Positions 1 through 14,611 of a stretch of DNA of 64,000 bases are shown here, piece after piece (position 1 is the first letter of the stretch; each line of letters begins with the position of its first letter). The translations under genes were made by a program, and so were the position numbers. Location of the stretch: NCBI GenBank assembly GCA_951406725.2, contig OX597833.1, positions 65,348,001 to 65,412,000 of the forward strand, given 5' to 3'. This DNA comes from Octopus vulgaris. Its lineage: Eukaryota. The notes under the pieces are model-generated. The model saw only the letters and a list, made by a program, of their open reading frames with translations, was not told the origin of the DNA and did not search any database.

Positions 1-37
1 TTACACATATACACATATCTATGTATATATCTATACC

Positions 38-92
<55 letters not shown>

Positions 93-558
93 CTACGTGT
101 GTGTGCATGTGTGCGTATGTGTGTTTGTGTTCAAAATTTAATACATACATACACACAAATATATACATATGGATATTTTATAGAGGAAAAGCCAACTTAC
201 AGAAAACGGATTTAGTTTTTTTGTAATTAGATAAAGTTTATACATTTAGCTAGTGTGAAGAATTTTGTTAGGATTCCTACATCTTTGGTTTCTTTCTATA
301 AACCATAGATTTAACCATTCACAGAAATAGAAACATTTTCTAAAGAACTGATGAATTGGAATGAGATTGGAAATAAATTTTATTTGAGATACCAGAAAAA
401 AAATAATTTAACATGACAAAGAGAAGGGCGTATAAAAATATATGAATTTATGTATTTATAAATAAATATATAATCATATATATATATATTTATTTATATA
501 TATATATTTATATATTCATATATTTATTTATATTTATAGATTTATATATATTTATTTA

Positions 559-596
<38 letters not shown>

Positions 597-669
597 AATT
601 TATTTTTACAATATTTTCATACACAGATATAGATATAAATTTACATACATACATACATGCAGTATATAT

Positions 670-720
<51 letters not shown>

Positions 721-876
721 GTATGTGTGTGTATATATATACATATATATATAAATAAATACCTTTAATGGTTAAATTTATCCTACATTAGTTATATATA
801 TATATATATACACAGACTTATATATACATATATAAACATATATATATATGATGCATATATATGTGTATATATATAC

Positions 877-922
<46 letters not shown>

Positions 923-1183
923 TTATATATATATGTAAATGCTTATTACCTTTATATATATACATATATATGTATATATATATATGTATATGCTAGTGTA
1001 TGCTTGTGCTTATCCGTGTGTGCGCGTTTGTGTGTGTCTATGTACGCGCGGTCATACAAATAAATGCTGACTACAAGTAATTTGATTCCAGAGATCAAAA
1101 AATTAGGTATACGTTGATAAAAAGTATAGATTTATATACACATAAAAATACACACAAATACCCGCTCAAACACACACACACAC

Positions 1184-1236
<53 letters not shown>

Positions 1237-1631
1237 AATAACTATGGATGCACACAAACATACAGTACCTACGTTGAGACATATATATACACGCACGAAT
1301 GCATAGGCAAACACACACACACGCATATATATATATATAATATATATATACATATATAAATATTTATATGATTGTATGTATATATGTATCTGTACATGCA
1401 TGTATGTTTATGTATTAGCGAAATTATGTATCAATGTGTGAACGTGCGCGTGTGAGTCTTTACCTCTGTGTGTGTGAGTGTGTATGTGTGTGGTTCTCTA
1501 AATGAGAGCAAAAACAACTTAGAATAAATTCAGATAAAATCATATCTGTAAAACCAGTGCGATTTGCATCATACTGTTGCGTCAAACACACATGCGCACT
1601 CACACAATCACTCACAAAAAAACAATACATG

Positions 1632-1677
<46 letters not shown>

Positions 1678-1705
1678 TCATATATATTTATACATGTAAA
1701 TATCA

Positions 1706-1736
<31 letters not shown>

Positions 1737-1752
1737 CATATATATCTATATG

Positions 1753-1798
<46 letters not shown>

Positions 1799-1847
1799 TC
1801 TATCTATCTATGTACATTATATATACATACGTATATTTATATACATA

Positions 1848-1904
<57 letters not shown>

Positions 1905-2141
1905 TCATATATATACATATATGTGTGTGTGTGTGTCTGTGTGTGTCTGTGTGTGTATTTGTTAACATATTTATACATTTATAGATATGAATATATACAC
2001 ACACATATACACATATATACACATTGATATACATAAATTAATACGTATATGTATATATATATTTATATTTATATATATATATATACATATACATGTGTGT
2101 GTATGCATGTAAACATATATGTATATAGGCATGTACATATG

Positions 2142-2189
<48 letters not shown>

Positions 2190-2789
2190 CATATGTAGGT
2201 ATGTATGTGTGTGTGTAATCTCATATTGTCTCTTCCTATTTTTGACCAGAGCAATTATAGTCGTGTCAATCGTAAAGAAATTATCTCTAAATAAATCCTA
2301 ACCAATTATTTCTACATTTAAAGAAAAATCAAAATTCATAAAATACAAAAGAAGCTCTGAAAGCAAACCCAATAAACACACAGAACCCCAAAAAACACAA
2401 ATGCAAGAACAACAACAACGATAGCAACAACAATAATAATAATAACAATAATGATAATAATAATAATAATAATAATAATAATATTAATAACTACGACAGT
2501 GACAACAACAAGAATATTGATAATAGTAATCAGCCTTGTGTACATAAATAGATGAATAATAATCCGCTATTTAAAAAGAAACTGAATTAATGTCCAATAT
2601 ATTTCCAATAAGCTGTATATACATACATACATATATACACATATATATATATACACACACATATATATATACACACATATATATATACATACACACACAC
2701 ACACTCACACACACATATATATGCGTATAAATGTATATTTGTTGGCAATGATATTACTACATACGCAAAGAAATTTGTGGGTATGTTGA

Positions 2790-2881
<92 letters not shown>

Positions 2882-3093
2882 AGGTTCACGTGGTAATCAT
2901 TAAAATATTTTTACTAGACCCGCTGACTCAATTACTCATTCGCTCACACACGTGTATATATATATATATGTGTGTGTGTTTGTGTGTGTGTGTATGTATA
3001 CATTAAGATTCATAAATAGACAGACTGACCGACAGATAGATAGATAAAGTGAGAGAGAGAGAGAAAGAGATCAAAACATGTTTGTGTAGATTG

Positions 3094-3125
<32 letters not shown>
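1..3125. repeat. Compound microsatellite tract: (TA)n, (TG)n, (TAA)n, (GATT)n
   Basis: Directly visible and representative of many similar tracts across the window. It explains the [12 protein letters not shown] ORFs. Confidence 0.95.
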
Positions 3126-3622
3126 GTGATGAATAGAATTATAAGTCACTATGAAAGTGGAACCACTCAATAACAAGAAAGATAGACGGCATGAGAGGCA
3201 TTGATTATTGGGGTCGATTTATGAAATATAATCTCTAGTCTCTCGAACGCCTCCGGGGGCGCTACATCATTTGTGTGATGTGGAAAATATTCCATCAACA
3301 GTGCAGAAATGATGTTGGCATCAGTTTTAAGATCCATCCAAGACTCGGCCATCGTGCTATCCACCAACCTCAACCTGTCCATCTCTCTTTAATACGTCAA
3401 AACGGAAACGGGTCCCATAAAATACAGAAATTCACTGGACAATTTTCTTTAATAAAATCCCGGACCAAGCTCCTACATCCGGATATGTCTCCAACAATTA
3501 TAACTCTTTGCTTGAGAGGGCCATGGTGCCCCATATATGATTGAACTATTTCACTAGGTGGTGCTAGGAAGTTAGACATGGCCTGGGACCATACTGGACG
3601 AAAGTCATCAAACTATTAAAGA
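3125..3622 (+). mobile_element. CR1-group LINE, decayed 3' fragment (ORF2 C-terminus and 3' UTR)
   Basis: Translates to DYWGRFMKYNL*SLERLRGRYIICVMWKIF...KIHPRLG...KIPDQAPTSGY..NSL, matching the YWERL..L.SLERRRERY / IPD.P..GY..NSL C-terminus of CR1-group ORF2. Contains a stop and a deletion. Confidence 0.8.
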
Positions 3623-3645
3623 TACACACACACACACACACATTA

Positions 3646-3702
<57 letters not shown>

Positions 3703-4124
3703 GCATACATACATAATACTTACATGCATACATATATTCATGTATATATGTTGTATCGTAGACTTGTTAGAATTATGAATATTGTACTGTACCTGAGTAT
3801 GTTGCGACCGGAAGTGCTTCAAAAATGAGCATCCTGTCTGTTTGTCCATTTAATCAATCGTTTAGTGCACTAATATATGTATGTATACGAATGTATGTAT
3901 GTATGCACGTATGTGTGTATGTTTGCATATATGTAAATATGCATGTCTGTATGTATATATGTATGTATATGTGTATGTTTGTATATATGTAAGTATCCAT
4001 ACATCTATGTATGTATGCATATATGCATGAGTGTATGTATGTACGTATGTGTGTATGTATGTATGCATGTATGCATGTATATATGTATGCATGTATGTAT
4101 GTATGTCTGTGTGTTTTTATTTAT

Positions 4125-4192
4125 TCTTATTTTTATTTTATTTTTTCTAGTTTCAGCTCACGAGCCGTGGCCATGCTGGGGCACCGCCATTT
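4125..4192 (-). mobile_element. About 65-bp retroposon 3' tip (GGCGGTGCCCCAGCATGGCCAC..GCTCGTGAGCTGAAACTAG plus A-rich tail)
   Basis: Near-identical to the insert at 27164-27230 and related to the SINE-B 3' end. Confidence 0.75.
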
Positions 4193-4787
4193 GGTGTAGC
4201 TACATGATTTTACAATTGCCTTTTGTTGCATGAGAGAGTATGTATGTATGCATATATGTATGATTGTATGTATGTATGTACGTATGTATGTATGTATGCA
4301 TGTATGTATGCATTTATGTATGTATATATGTACGTATGTATATGCAATCAGAGCTGACGTGATCATCGCCAAACATCAAACTGTAATACCAGATATTTTA
4401 TCTCTTCATAATCCTCACATACCTTTTACTGATGTATATTTTGCTATTCCTATCCGAAACGAATATACAACAAGAAACATACCATTTCTAGTCAAATCGA
4501 ATTTTTATTACCATATTTTTATATCACGTGCATGTCACTTATATTCATGTGTCTTCTCATTTACACGCAGAAACTGGAAATGAGAATCGCTGCTTAAATA
4601 GCCGTAATATGCAAATTAGAGGGAAATGCTTCATTTAAAAGTAATATACTGGTGTGTACTTCGTAAATATATTTATGAGCAATAAATACTAAATTGCGTA
4701 TACAGATCGATGGTTAGATAGTTAGATAGATACAAATATACACACACACATATATCTATATGTATATGTATGTACATATATATATGT

Positions 4788-4829
<42 letters not shown>

Positions 4830-4920
4830 ATATATATATGTATCAATATATGTACATATGTATATATATATATGTATGTACGTGTCTACATATGTATGTA
4901 TGTATGTATCTATATATGTA

Positions 4921-4971
<51 letters not shown>

Positions 4972-5161
4972 ATATATGTATATATGTATATATATGTATG
5001 TATGTATCTATATATTTATATATGTATATATATGTATGTATGTATGTATGTATGCATGTATGTATTTATCTATATATGTATATATGTATATATATAATGT
5101 ATATATGTATGTATCTATATATGTATATATGTATATATATATATATGTAAATATATATGTA

Positions 5162-5220
<59 letters not shown>

Positions 5221-5907
5221 GAATAGATATATATGTGCCTGTGTGTGTGCGTGTATTTATGCATATTGTAAATTTTATGACATCTTCTAAAATAGAAACA
5301 TAGACATTACGCAAATAATTCCGACATGTATAACGAAGCGAAATTTTCGAAGCATTAAAATCGGGTGCATAACTTATTGTATGTAAATCTTATTGGAATA
5401 TTTTATTTGATAATATAATACGTCGTAAAACTTAGGTTAGTAGAATATGGTTTCAGTTTGTATATTTTCGAACATGTATTAGATTAGCAGCTAAACCCGG
5501 TTTCACCCGTTCTGTTTGGATGATGTGGCTGTGATCGTTTCCAATTAGGCACGTATGAATGAAAATTAAGTTCAGACCTGTACATGGTAGCCAGACCTGG
5601 TAGAAATAGCAGGCTAATCTCCCTCAAAACACCCTACTGTCTTAATCCGACAATTCTGATAATTATGTAGTTTGAATGAGAAACTGTAACTAAAGATTAA
5701 GATTATTAACGCCACAATGAGGTGAAAGAAGAAAGTGAAAGTTCTGCACCGCCAAACATTTTGGGGCTTCATCCATTACATATATTTTTGTATGAGGATG
5801 TCAAATTTTGGGGGGTTTATCAATATACTCATTTTTACTCGTTTCAGCGATGCAGATGTGGTCAGTCTGGAGCACCAGCGTGGTCTTGCTGGTTTCCTCA
5901 GTCTGAG

Positions 5908-6122
5908 GTGTTTCACATCACCACTCCTGTACGTGCCTTTGTCCCAGCTGTTGGCCCATTTGTTGTATAAGGGAGTTTGATTCCTCTGCCCTGGTCTGTA
6001 CCTCGTGTCGGGTTTTTGATCCATCCGATTTTGTGGAAAGGAGGATAAGTGTTTCACATACGCCACTCCTATACGTGCCTTTGTCGCAGCTGTTGGCCCA
6101 TTTTGTGTATAAGGGAGTTTGA
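5908..6122. repeat. Direct repeat of about 73 bp (5908-5980 and 6049-6122)
   Basis: gtgtttcacat..ccactcct.tacgtgcctttgtc.cagctgttggcccattt..tgtataagggagtttga occurs twice. Confidence 0.85.
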
Positions 6123-6193
6123 CCCTTTTCCATTTCTATTTTGAACACAAAATACTGCATGGCAACGCGGGAACATCTCCTAGAAGCAACCAA

Positions 6194-6404
6194 GGCGGTG
6201 AGCTGACTGAATCGTTAGCATGATGGACAAAGTGCTTGGCGACATCTCGTCTCTCTTCACAGTCTGTGTTCATATTACGCCGAGGTCGACCCTGTATTTC
6301 ATCTTTTCGGGGTCGATGTAATAAGAACCAGTCGAACCCTGGGGTTGCTGTAATCGACTTACCCCAACCCCGAATTGCTGGCCCTGTGCCAAAATTTGAA
6401 ACCA
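6194..6404 (+). mobile_element. SINE-A (tRNA-derived head, GGTCGACTTTGCCTTTCATCCTTTCGGGGTCGA core), diverged copy
   Basis: Aligns with more than 15 copies in the window. The core resembles the Meta/MESC SINE domain as I recall it (not checked). Confidence 0.85.
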
Positions 6405-6737
6405 ATATATCATAGAAGTGGCTCCCAAAGCGAACTGCGAATATTGTTTTCCTATCAGTTTTAACCGCATTTAGGTCCCTAATCCCAAACAATATAACAA
6501 CCTCTATGTTTAGAAATAGCCACAGAATCTCACCTAAAACATTGCAATGTGTGGTGATTGAATCCCTTTCTCTGAAAATATATAATTCATATTCCTCATA
6601 CGCTTATTCTATGAAGGGCTCAACCGGGGCTGATAAAACAACAACGAGGTATACTCCTCATACATAGCGTTTTGTCCCGAGGAATATAACATATTTCAAA
6701 ATGTACGCATTGCTGTGTGGTAAGGATCATGGGAAAA

Positions 6738-7086
6738 AACTTGTGAGTAGATTTGGTAGATAGAAACTGAAGGAAGCATGTCGTGTGTGTGTGTGTATAT
6801 GTGTGCCTGTGTCTGTATCTGTGTGTGTCTGTGTATGTGTGTATATCTATATGTGTGTGTATCCGTGTGTGTATCTGCGTTTCTTCTCCACCACTCCTCG
6901 ACAACCGGCGTTGGTGTGCTTACATCTCCGTAATTTAACGGCTCGACAAAAAATACCGTTGGAATAAGAACCGGGCTTTAAAAAAAATAAATAAATAAGT
7001 ACCGGGATCTATTCGATCGACTGAAAATTTCTTCCAGTCGGTGTTCCAGCTTGGCCGTAATCTCATGACTGAAAGAAATAAAAGAG
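6738..7086 (+). mobile_element. SINE-B, 5'-truncated and diverged
   Basis: cttgtgagtagatttggtaga...internal (TG)n...gacaaccggcgttggtgtg...tgactgaaa matches the full copies at 15337 and 37444. Confidence 0.8.
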
Positions 7087-7689
7087 AAACGATATCACTG
7101 ATTCGTTCTTTCTCTTCTAAATCTATGGCGTTCTCTGGTTAGTTTTTAACATTTTTAAATATGTAAAACCACCAAAAAAAAAAAAAAATCAATATCTCTG
7201 TCTGAGGCGCACAACCTGGAAAGATTTAGCAATATCAAATTCCACTCCCACGAGAAATACTATTATTCAACAATTGAGAAGAGATTATAAAATAAATTAT
7301 TGAAACGCTGCATACATTAGTTATAATCGGATTTATTGTATTTCTAAATTTCAAAGCCAGGAGAACAAATGTTCTTTGAATCTTATCACTGCATAGAATT
7401 GGTATCTGTTCTACTCTTTATATCCCAGAGAGAATCGATATCAAAGATTAGTTTATCAAATGTCAATCGGTATATTTACATAGTTTAATGGATCGTCTGA
7501 GCAGAGTGTGTTGGCAGATTCAAAAGAGCTTCGTATAAAAATATCATTTATATATTTTCATCGGCTATATATATGAGTTCGAATTCAAGAAGCGTAGATT
7601 TTAGGCTTCTTCTTTTATTTTTTGCGTGTCTGAAGCACTGTTTCTTACAAATGATTGTATTCGATTTCTTTTTCTTAACTTACAAAGCA

Positions 7690-7856
7690 AAGCGACGAGA
7701 GGCCAAATATGTTACCACGCTGGACAAAACGGTTAAAGATATTTCGTCCGTTTTTACGTTCAAAATCTCCTGACGTCAACATTGCCTTTCATCTTTTCGG
7801 GGTCGATAAAATATGTATCATTCGATCACTGGGGTCGATATGATTGACTACCCCTA
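7690..7856 (+). mobile_element. SINE-A, diverged
   Basis: Core ttgcctttcatcttttcggggtcgataaaa...cactggggtcgat. Confidence 0.8.
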
Positions 7857-8017
7857 CTATGGAAACAACTCTATTGTAAAGACTACGAAATATTTTTGGG
7901 TCGCTGAAACACCAGAATCTGCGGTTTTCGTCCCTTTATAGATGAATTGTCTTAAAAAAATTTTTTTTTTTTGAGGCGAAACAAAATCGCTCAGAATTTA
8001 ACTGCATAAATAAATAA

Positions 8018-8051
<34 letters not shown>

Positions 8052-8056
8052 TTACT

Positions 8057-8104
<48 letters not shown>

Positions 8105-8108
<4 letters not shown>

Positions 8109-8402
8109 CGACTGGTTTATACAGAGTTTCTGCCTACCAAATCCATTCAGAGGACATTGATCGGCCCGAAATTTATAGTAGAAGATACCAGCACAAGGTA
8201 CCGCCTAGTGGAATTGAACCCAAAATCTACTTGTTACAAATGATGCTTATCAGCCTTCCGTCCGTTATTATCTTCTGAGTTCAAACTCCACCGAGGTCGA
8301 CTTTGCCTTTCATCATTTAAGGTTGGGAGATCGATAAAACATGTACCAATTGAGCACTGGCATTGATATAATCGCTGGCTTTGTGCTAAAATTTGAAACC
8401 AA
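8105..8402. mobile_element. SINE-B fragment (-, about 8105-8240) abutting a SINE-A fragment (+, about 8245-8402)
   Basis: Homology to in-window copies of both families. Confidence 0.7.
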
Positions 8403-8803
8403 TCTTACTTCTCTCTCTGTCTCTTTGTAATTTTAATATTTCGGGTAGTATTTGTGCATATTCAGGAACGATACGTGTTGGATAAAACAAAACAATTCCG
8501 GTTTGCTGTCTTGCTTGGTAGACTGTGCCTATGGATAAGATAAATAGCGTAAGGGTAACTTCCTTCTCTCTTACCCTATCTCTATATATCTATATCTCTC
8601 TATATATCTATATATCTATATCTCTCTATATATCTATATATCTATATATCTCTATATATCTATATCTATATATATCTATATCTAATATATCTAATAATAC
8701 CATATATGCCTATGAAGATTTACAAACGTACTTTCCCCAATGAAACTCGGTTTTTCCTCAAACCTTTTATAATATGATACAAGTCTTTGGTGTAGCAATT
8801 GTA

Positions 8804-8898
8804 CGCGGCTGAAGAAGGCTTTTGATCTATCTGTTATATCGATTATGCATTGATGTAATAATAAGTTGTTCTATAAAGCCCGAAACATATGTACCACA
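8804..8898 (+). ncRNA. Minimal type I hammerhead-ribozyme motif (Penelope-like), long loop II
   Basis: CTGAAGA (8809-8815), stem II GGCTTT/AAAGCC, GAAA (8882-8885), palindromic CATATG, GTA cleavage triplet, imperfect stem I cgcgg/ccaca. Confidence 0.6.
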
Positions 8899-9639
8899 CC
8901 ATCCTTTGCGTCCTGTTTTTCATTTATTTCATTTGATACATATATATCTATATCTATAGTGTGTAGTCCTCTGACATTCGCCTAAAAGCTGCTAGTCCAG
9001 AAAGACTTGGGATAAAAATGTAAAACGCAAAAATGACCAAAGCGAAAATATTTGCATCCTGTCTTCGAATTCCTACAGTTTCTAATCAAATATCTTAACC
9101 ACGAAGACAAGGAATAGCTTAGTAAACGAATTAAAATTTATTATTGATTAGTCGCGAATATTATTATTGAATAACGCCAATGGCAATGTTATCGCGCAGC
9201 TTTTTCTTTTTTCTTTCGTTCTCAAATATTTAATCCTACTTTCGCCAAATGTTTCCTGTAATGTCTTCTGCAAATTTTACCATTTTTTCCTTTCTTTCTT
9301 TGAATAGATCTGATGCAAGAATGATTTGTTGCTTTTAACATTTCCTGAAAGCTATTTTGTCTTGAATGATTTTTTAAAAGGTCAAGATCTGTAGAATCTC
9401 AAAGAACATCACTACGATTCGGCCACCGCTAAAAAGAAAAGAAAAGCGGAAGAAAAGCAAAAAAAATCCAAAGAAAAATTTTATATCAAAGTCAACAATA
9501 ATTCCACTCAGTCTTGGAGAAAATATGTTTTGGTCATTTTGATAATGAAACAAAATGAACGCCATGATTACAGGAGTTGTTGGCGCTTAATGTCCATCTG
9601 CGTAGATTATGTTTGCGTTTATGAAGTGGTGTGTTTATG

Positions 9640-10046
9640 CGTTGATGATGATGAGGAGGAGGAGGAGGAGAAGGAGGAGGAGGAGGAGGATTGCAGCGAC
9701 ATTGTTTATGAGGCGGTGGTGGGGACGGGAAAAAGAACGTGGCCACGGCGACGGTAATGATGATTATGGTAATGTGGAAAACGAAGGCAAGAACAGCGAT
9801 GACGTTGATGATGATGAGGAGGAGGAGTAGGACGTGGAGGAGGGATATTATCGTGATGATGATGACTATGCTGATGATGTTGATGATGCCAGTGATGATG
9901 GTGGTGGTGGTGGTGGTGGTGGTGGTGGTGGTGGTGGTGGTGGTGGTGTCGATGATTATGATGACGATTATGATGATGACGATGATAATGATGACGATGA
10001 TGATGATGATGATGATGATGACGATGATGATGATGATGATGATGAT
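9640..10046. repeat. Compound trinucleotide repeats (GAG)n, (GAT)n, (GGT)n
   Basis: Directly visible. Confidence 0.9.
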
Positions 10047-10386
10047 ATATATATATATACATATATAAATCCAGAAATGCAGGAGCGGAGTAGCTGAAAT
10101 ATGAGCTGCATATGTTTCGTACCGAGTGGAATCTCCCTCTAACTTTCACTCTATTCCCCTATTTGTCTATGTCTTTCCCTTCTCCGTTCTGAGAACGTCT
10201 ACCATTTGCAACGAGGTAAATAACTATTTAGCTCAACTAAGGTGCACAGAAACAGCTGTAAACTCACTCTTATCCTCACCTGGTTTAATTAAATACATAA
10301 TGGCTTTTTAGCACAACAGATCCACTTGTATTTGTTTTTCCCCCATTTTCTTATCGTCTCTATATATACATATATTGATATATATT

Positions 10387-10432
<46 letters not shown>

Positions 10433-10696
10433 GGGAGTAAATCCAAACTTACAGGGAAAAATTAGGTTTAAGATTAAATCTAATTTTATAGTATAAATAT
10501 ATATATATATATTAAAATATATTAAATTAGTGATAAAACCACTATTAGGCAAATCAAACAGTGAAAATCATAAACCAATAAATAGAAATAAAAGTAATTA
10601 ATAAAAAATATATAAAATATAAAATTCAAAATTTAAAATATTTAAATTGAAGTTAAAATTTATTTAAATTAATAATTTATACTTATAATTTTTTAA

Positions 10697-10727
<31 letters not shown>

Positions 10728-10730
10728 TAT

Positions 10731-10804
<74 letters not shown>

Positions 10805-11404
10805 TTGTGTATGTATATATATATATATATATACTGCGTTTATAAATATATGGTGCTTCTGTGGCCTAGACTGTCCATATATTAATTTATTTTGTCTTGT
10901 CTATTCAATTATGCAACTATATCGTTGTATCTATATCTGTAATATATGATTGTGTACATATAAGATACAACCGCGCGCACGTCTGTCCCCGTGTGTTCAT
11001 TTATCTACGTTTTAGCGGATCAACAATATTTACACTTCTCCAATATATTGAGAAAATGTCCACTTGTTCATAAACGTATATCTAGATTCAAGACAATTAC
11101 ATATTCAGACACAAGTGTGTCTGTATGTGTACGCATATGTATATGTGTTTGTGTATGCATGTGTATATACGCTCATGTACATACACATATATACAGGTTT
11201 GTATGCATATATATATATATATATACATATACCGGAGTAAGCACATAAATCTGAAACAAGTTGGAGGAAAAGAGTACTCAAATACCAGAGGAAGAGGAAT
11301 GTGCTTTATTTAAAAGCGGATTTTGTTATATTTCTGCTGCTTTTGAATAAAGTGTATATTCATATATATTGGTAGCCAGACAGAGACAGAGAGAGTGGAG
11401 GAAA

Positions 11405-11438
11405 ACAGATAGACAAATAGATGGACAGACAGACAGGC

Positions 11439-11486
<48 letters not shown>

Positions 11487-11563
11487 GTACGGACGGACGG
11501 ACGGACGGACGGACGGACGGACGGACGGACGGATGGATGGATGGATGGATGGATGGATGGATG

Positions 11564-11614
<51 letters not shown>

Positions 11615-11679
11615 GGGAAGATAGATAGATAGACAGAGAGATATATATAGATACACAGACACACAGACAGACGGATAGG

Positions 11680-11752
<73 letters not shown>
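11405..11752. repeat. Compound tetranucleotide array (GACA)n-(GACG)n-(GATG)n-(GATA)n
   Basis: Directly visible, with single-base stepwise motif changes. Confidence 0.95.
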
Positions 11753-11754
<2 letters not shown>

Positions 11755-12475
11755 CAGGTGGATTGATGGATTGGTTCCCATTTCGACAACATATATGGAG
11801 TAACGAAAGAATACTGTAAATAGGATACTTGTATCCTTTTTTATATAGAATTCTATATAAATATATATTCACACCTACGTATATTAAATAGCTGTATAAA
11901 ATGTATATGTATACCGACACACACATTGTGCAACGGTAAATTCGTCACGTGATTAATAGCAAAACAACAATACATTAAGGGACATTATCGATGGTAAAGT
12001 AACTATTCCAAGCGAATTACGTAACACAATTCGGCTTATAATAACGCCTCTATTCAATTTATTTCTACACTGCAGACCTATGAAAGAATATTATTTCTCC
12101 ATGGCATAATATATTTCTCTCATAACAACCATGAAATAATATTTTATGAGATATTCGGCTTGTTATCATTATTTGCTTGGAAAAAGCAGGAAAAAAATTG
12201 CTTCAAAATGGAGTAGCAGAAACTATTAATATGGCGATCTTATTGCCTGTATTGTTGATTTCGTTGCGTTTCTGTTTATTTTTTTAATCTCAGTGCTGCT
12301 TGGGATTGTGGAGTCCTATTTATGTTTAATATTCCATCCATGGCTATCTCCTCATAGTTTCAAACATAAAGTCACTAGGACTACATTATGTTCCGATGGA
12401 AACGTTGGTTTATGTTGTTTGTTTTTTGTTTCTTTTTTATTATGTATTTATTGTTGCGAATGGTAGTTTGGGGTG

Positions 12476-12715
12476 TCATGGCGATTTCGACGTAAAATCC
12501 GGCAGATGCCGATAGGAAGATAATATTTCCCTAACTGAATCGATGCCTTTGTTGTGGCTGCTGTTATTTTTTCTTTTATTAATCTTGCAGATGTTCTTGC
12601 TACTGCAGTTGTTGTCGTTGTTGTTGTTGTTGCTGCTGCTGCTGCTGCTGGTGCCCTGGTTGTTGTTGTTGTTTTTGTTGTTGTTGAACCACCTGTCAGA
12701 GCTGATCTGGCATAC
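12476..12715 (-). other. Candidate minus-strand (terminal?) exon
   Basis: Acceptor-like gtgtttatttggttgcag|G at 12716/12715. Two frames stay open for about 80 codons (N/S-rich VCQISSDRWFNNN...HLPDFTSKSP*). No homology recognised. Confidence 0.2.
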
Positions 12716-12905
12716 CTGCAACCAAATAAACACGCTCACACATACACACACATATTTATTTAGGTAGGTAAGTCGATAGATAGATAGATAGAGAGAGAGA
12801 GAAAGACTGAGAGAGAGAGACAGACAGACAGATAGAGAGACAATCAGACAGACGGACAGATAGAGAGAGAGAGAGAGAGAGAGGCAGACAGACAGACAGA
12901 CAGGT

Positions 12906-13022
<117 letters not shown>

Positions 13023-13699
13023 TATAGGTAGTGAGTATGTGTCTGTATATGTAAGTATATAATGGGGTCACAAGGGCGCGCGATTAAAGCGTTGTAGTCA
13101 CAATTGCCTGATCTTAGCATCGATTCCTGGGTCAGGCGGTGTTTTGTGTTCTTGAGCAAAACAATTTACTTTGCGTTTCTATGCGACATTTTCTACACAA
13201 AGTGTGGCAAACCATGCTACTAGCATCATATCACATCGCATCATATGTATGAATATATAAACACACGCAGTCTGGTTAGCCGGAAACTTTTGCGCATCAG
13301 AGAAAAGGCCTGGGGGTATTTAGTGATGGTTGTTTACATTCTGAATTCAAAGTCTTTCAAAGTCACCTTAGCATGTTGCCCCTCCTGGGCCATAATATAG
13401 TCCTGTAATGCTTCTAAGAGATGTGAATGAAATTATATACAATAGGAGAAAGCGTATTCAGAAAGGATGTGCGCGTGGGTGTGTATGTTCTACCCTTTTT
13501 TTTAAGTTCATGGCTTCCTGCAAGGATAGTGGCGCTTTCTAACAAAGATATCCATCTCAATTGTTAGAATGTAGATAACAAAAACAATATCAGTTGTTGA
13601 ATTACTGAAATATCATAATAAATTATTAATGTGCCGCTTACAGATTTATAATGATATCTGGTTGATTTCTTCTTTTGAAACAAGAGCACCAAGAATTCT

Positions 13700-13950
13700 T
13701 TTCTACTCTTTCCTACTCTAGGCACAAGGCCCAACATTTTGGAGGAGGATGATAGTCGATTAGGGTGACACCAGTACGCAACTGGTACTTAATTTATCAA
13801 CTCTGAAAGCTGATGACATCGATCTCAATGCTTAACTGGTACATAGTTTATTGACCCCGAAAGGATGAAAGACAAAATCAGTGCCCGGCGGAATCTGAAC
13901 TCAAAACTCAGAATTTTACCCAGGGTGCAAACGATTTTATCATTACACCA
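13700..13950 (-). mobile_element. SINE-A fragments
   Basis: ggcacaaggccc..aaattt, actggtacttaatttatc, gaccccgaaaggatgaaag. Confidence 0.75.
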
Positions 13951-14359
13951 TCTTCAGTTACAAGATTATATTATACGACATTCAAGAGCTGTCTACACTG
14001 ACCTCCAGCCTCTACCTTATTCGCCTCCAAGGCAGATCCTGTCAATATCCTTGTTTCTATGCAAGTTTATGCGCGAGCGTATGTATATAACCGGCGCCCA
14101 GTCAATCCTTCTCCATTTCAAATCTTCCTCGCGGTTGTGTTATAAATTAGTGTTTTAACAAAGTATCCAAAATGGATACATTTCCTCGCTTGATTTTAAA
14201 ATATGCGGAATATTGAAAATAAGAAACGAAATGTCATCAACTAAAAGAACTATTGAAAGTATTTATACAAAAAAGAATCCTTATTTTGGTAAAATTTCAT
14301 TTCTGTTTTCTGCAGTTTCGTATCTATTTTTAATTTTGCTTTAGACATTAAAGTTATTG

Positions 14360-14611
14360 GAAATTTTTGCTATAAACATTTTTGCCGAAGGAAATTCGCC
14401 GTAAGATATTTCCTTCTAACTAGCCTCATCGTGTTTAACATTGAATAATCATTTGCATATTTAATGCTTTTATAAAAACTTTTATCATTCTTTTCTTTGT
14501 TTAAAAAAAAAATACTGATATAATGCTCTTTATAATTGTCATACGGTGAATTTGCCTTACGGCAAATTTTGCTATACGGCGAAATTTCTTACGGTTAATT
14601 TGCCGGACACG
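14360..14611. mobile_element. Remnant of a DNA transposon or foldback with inverted arrays of 15-16 bp subterminal repeats
   Basis: Four TACGGYNAATTT units at 14542-14602 end in CCGGACACG. Inverted units (aaattcgccgtaag) lie at about 14379-14410. Confidence 0.55.

Noticed and set aside
9530-10149. Poly-D/E/G/H/M ORFs in several frames
   Set aside because: Compound trinucleotide microsatellite open in multiple frames on both strands, with no unique coding context.
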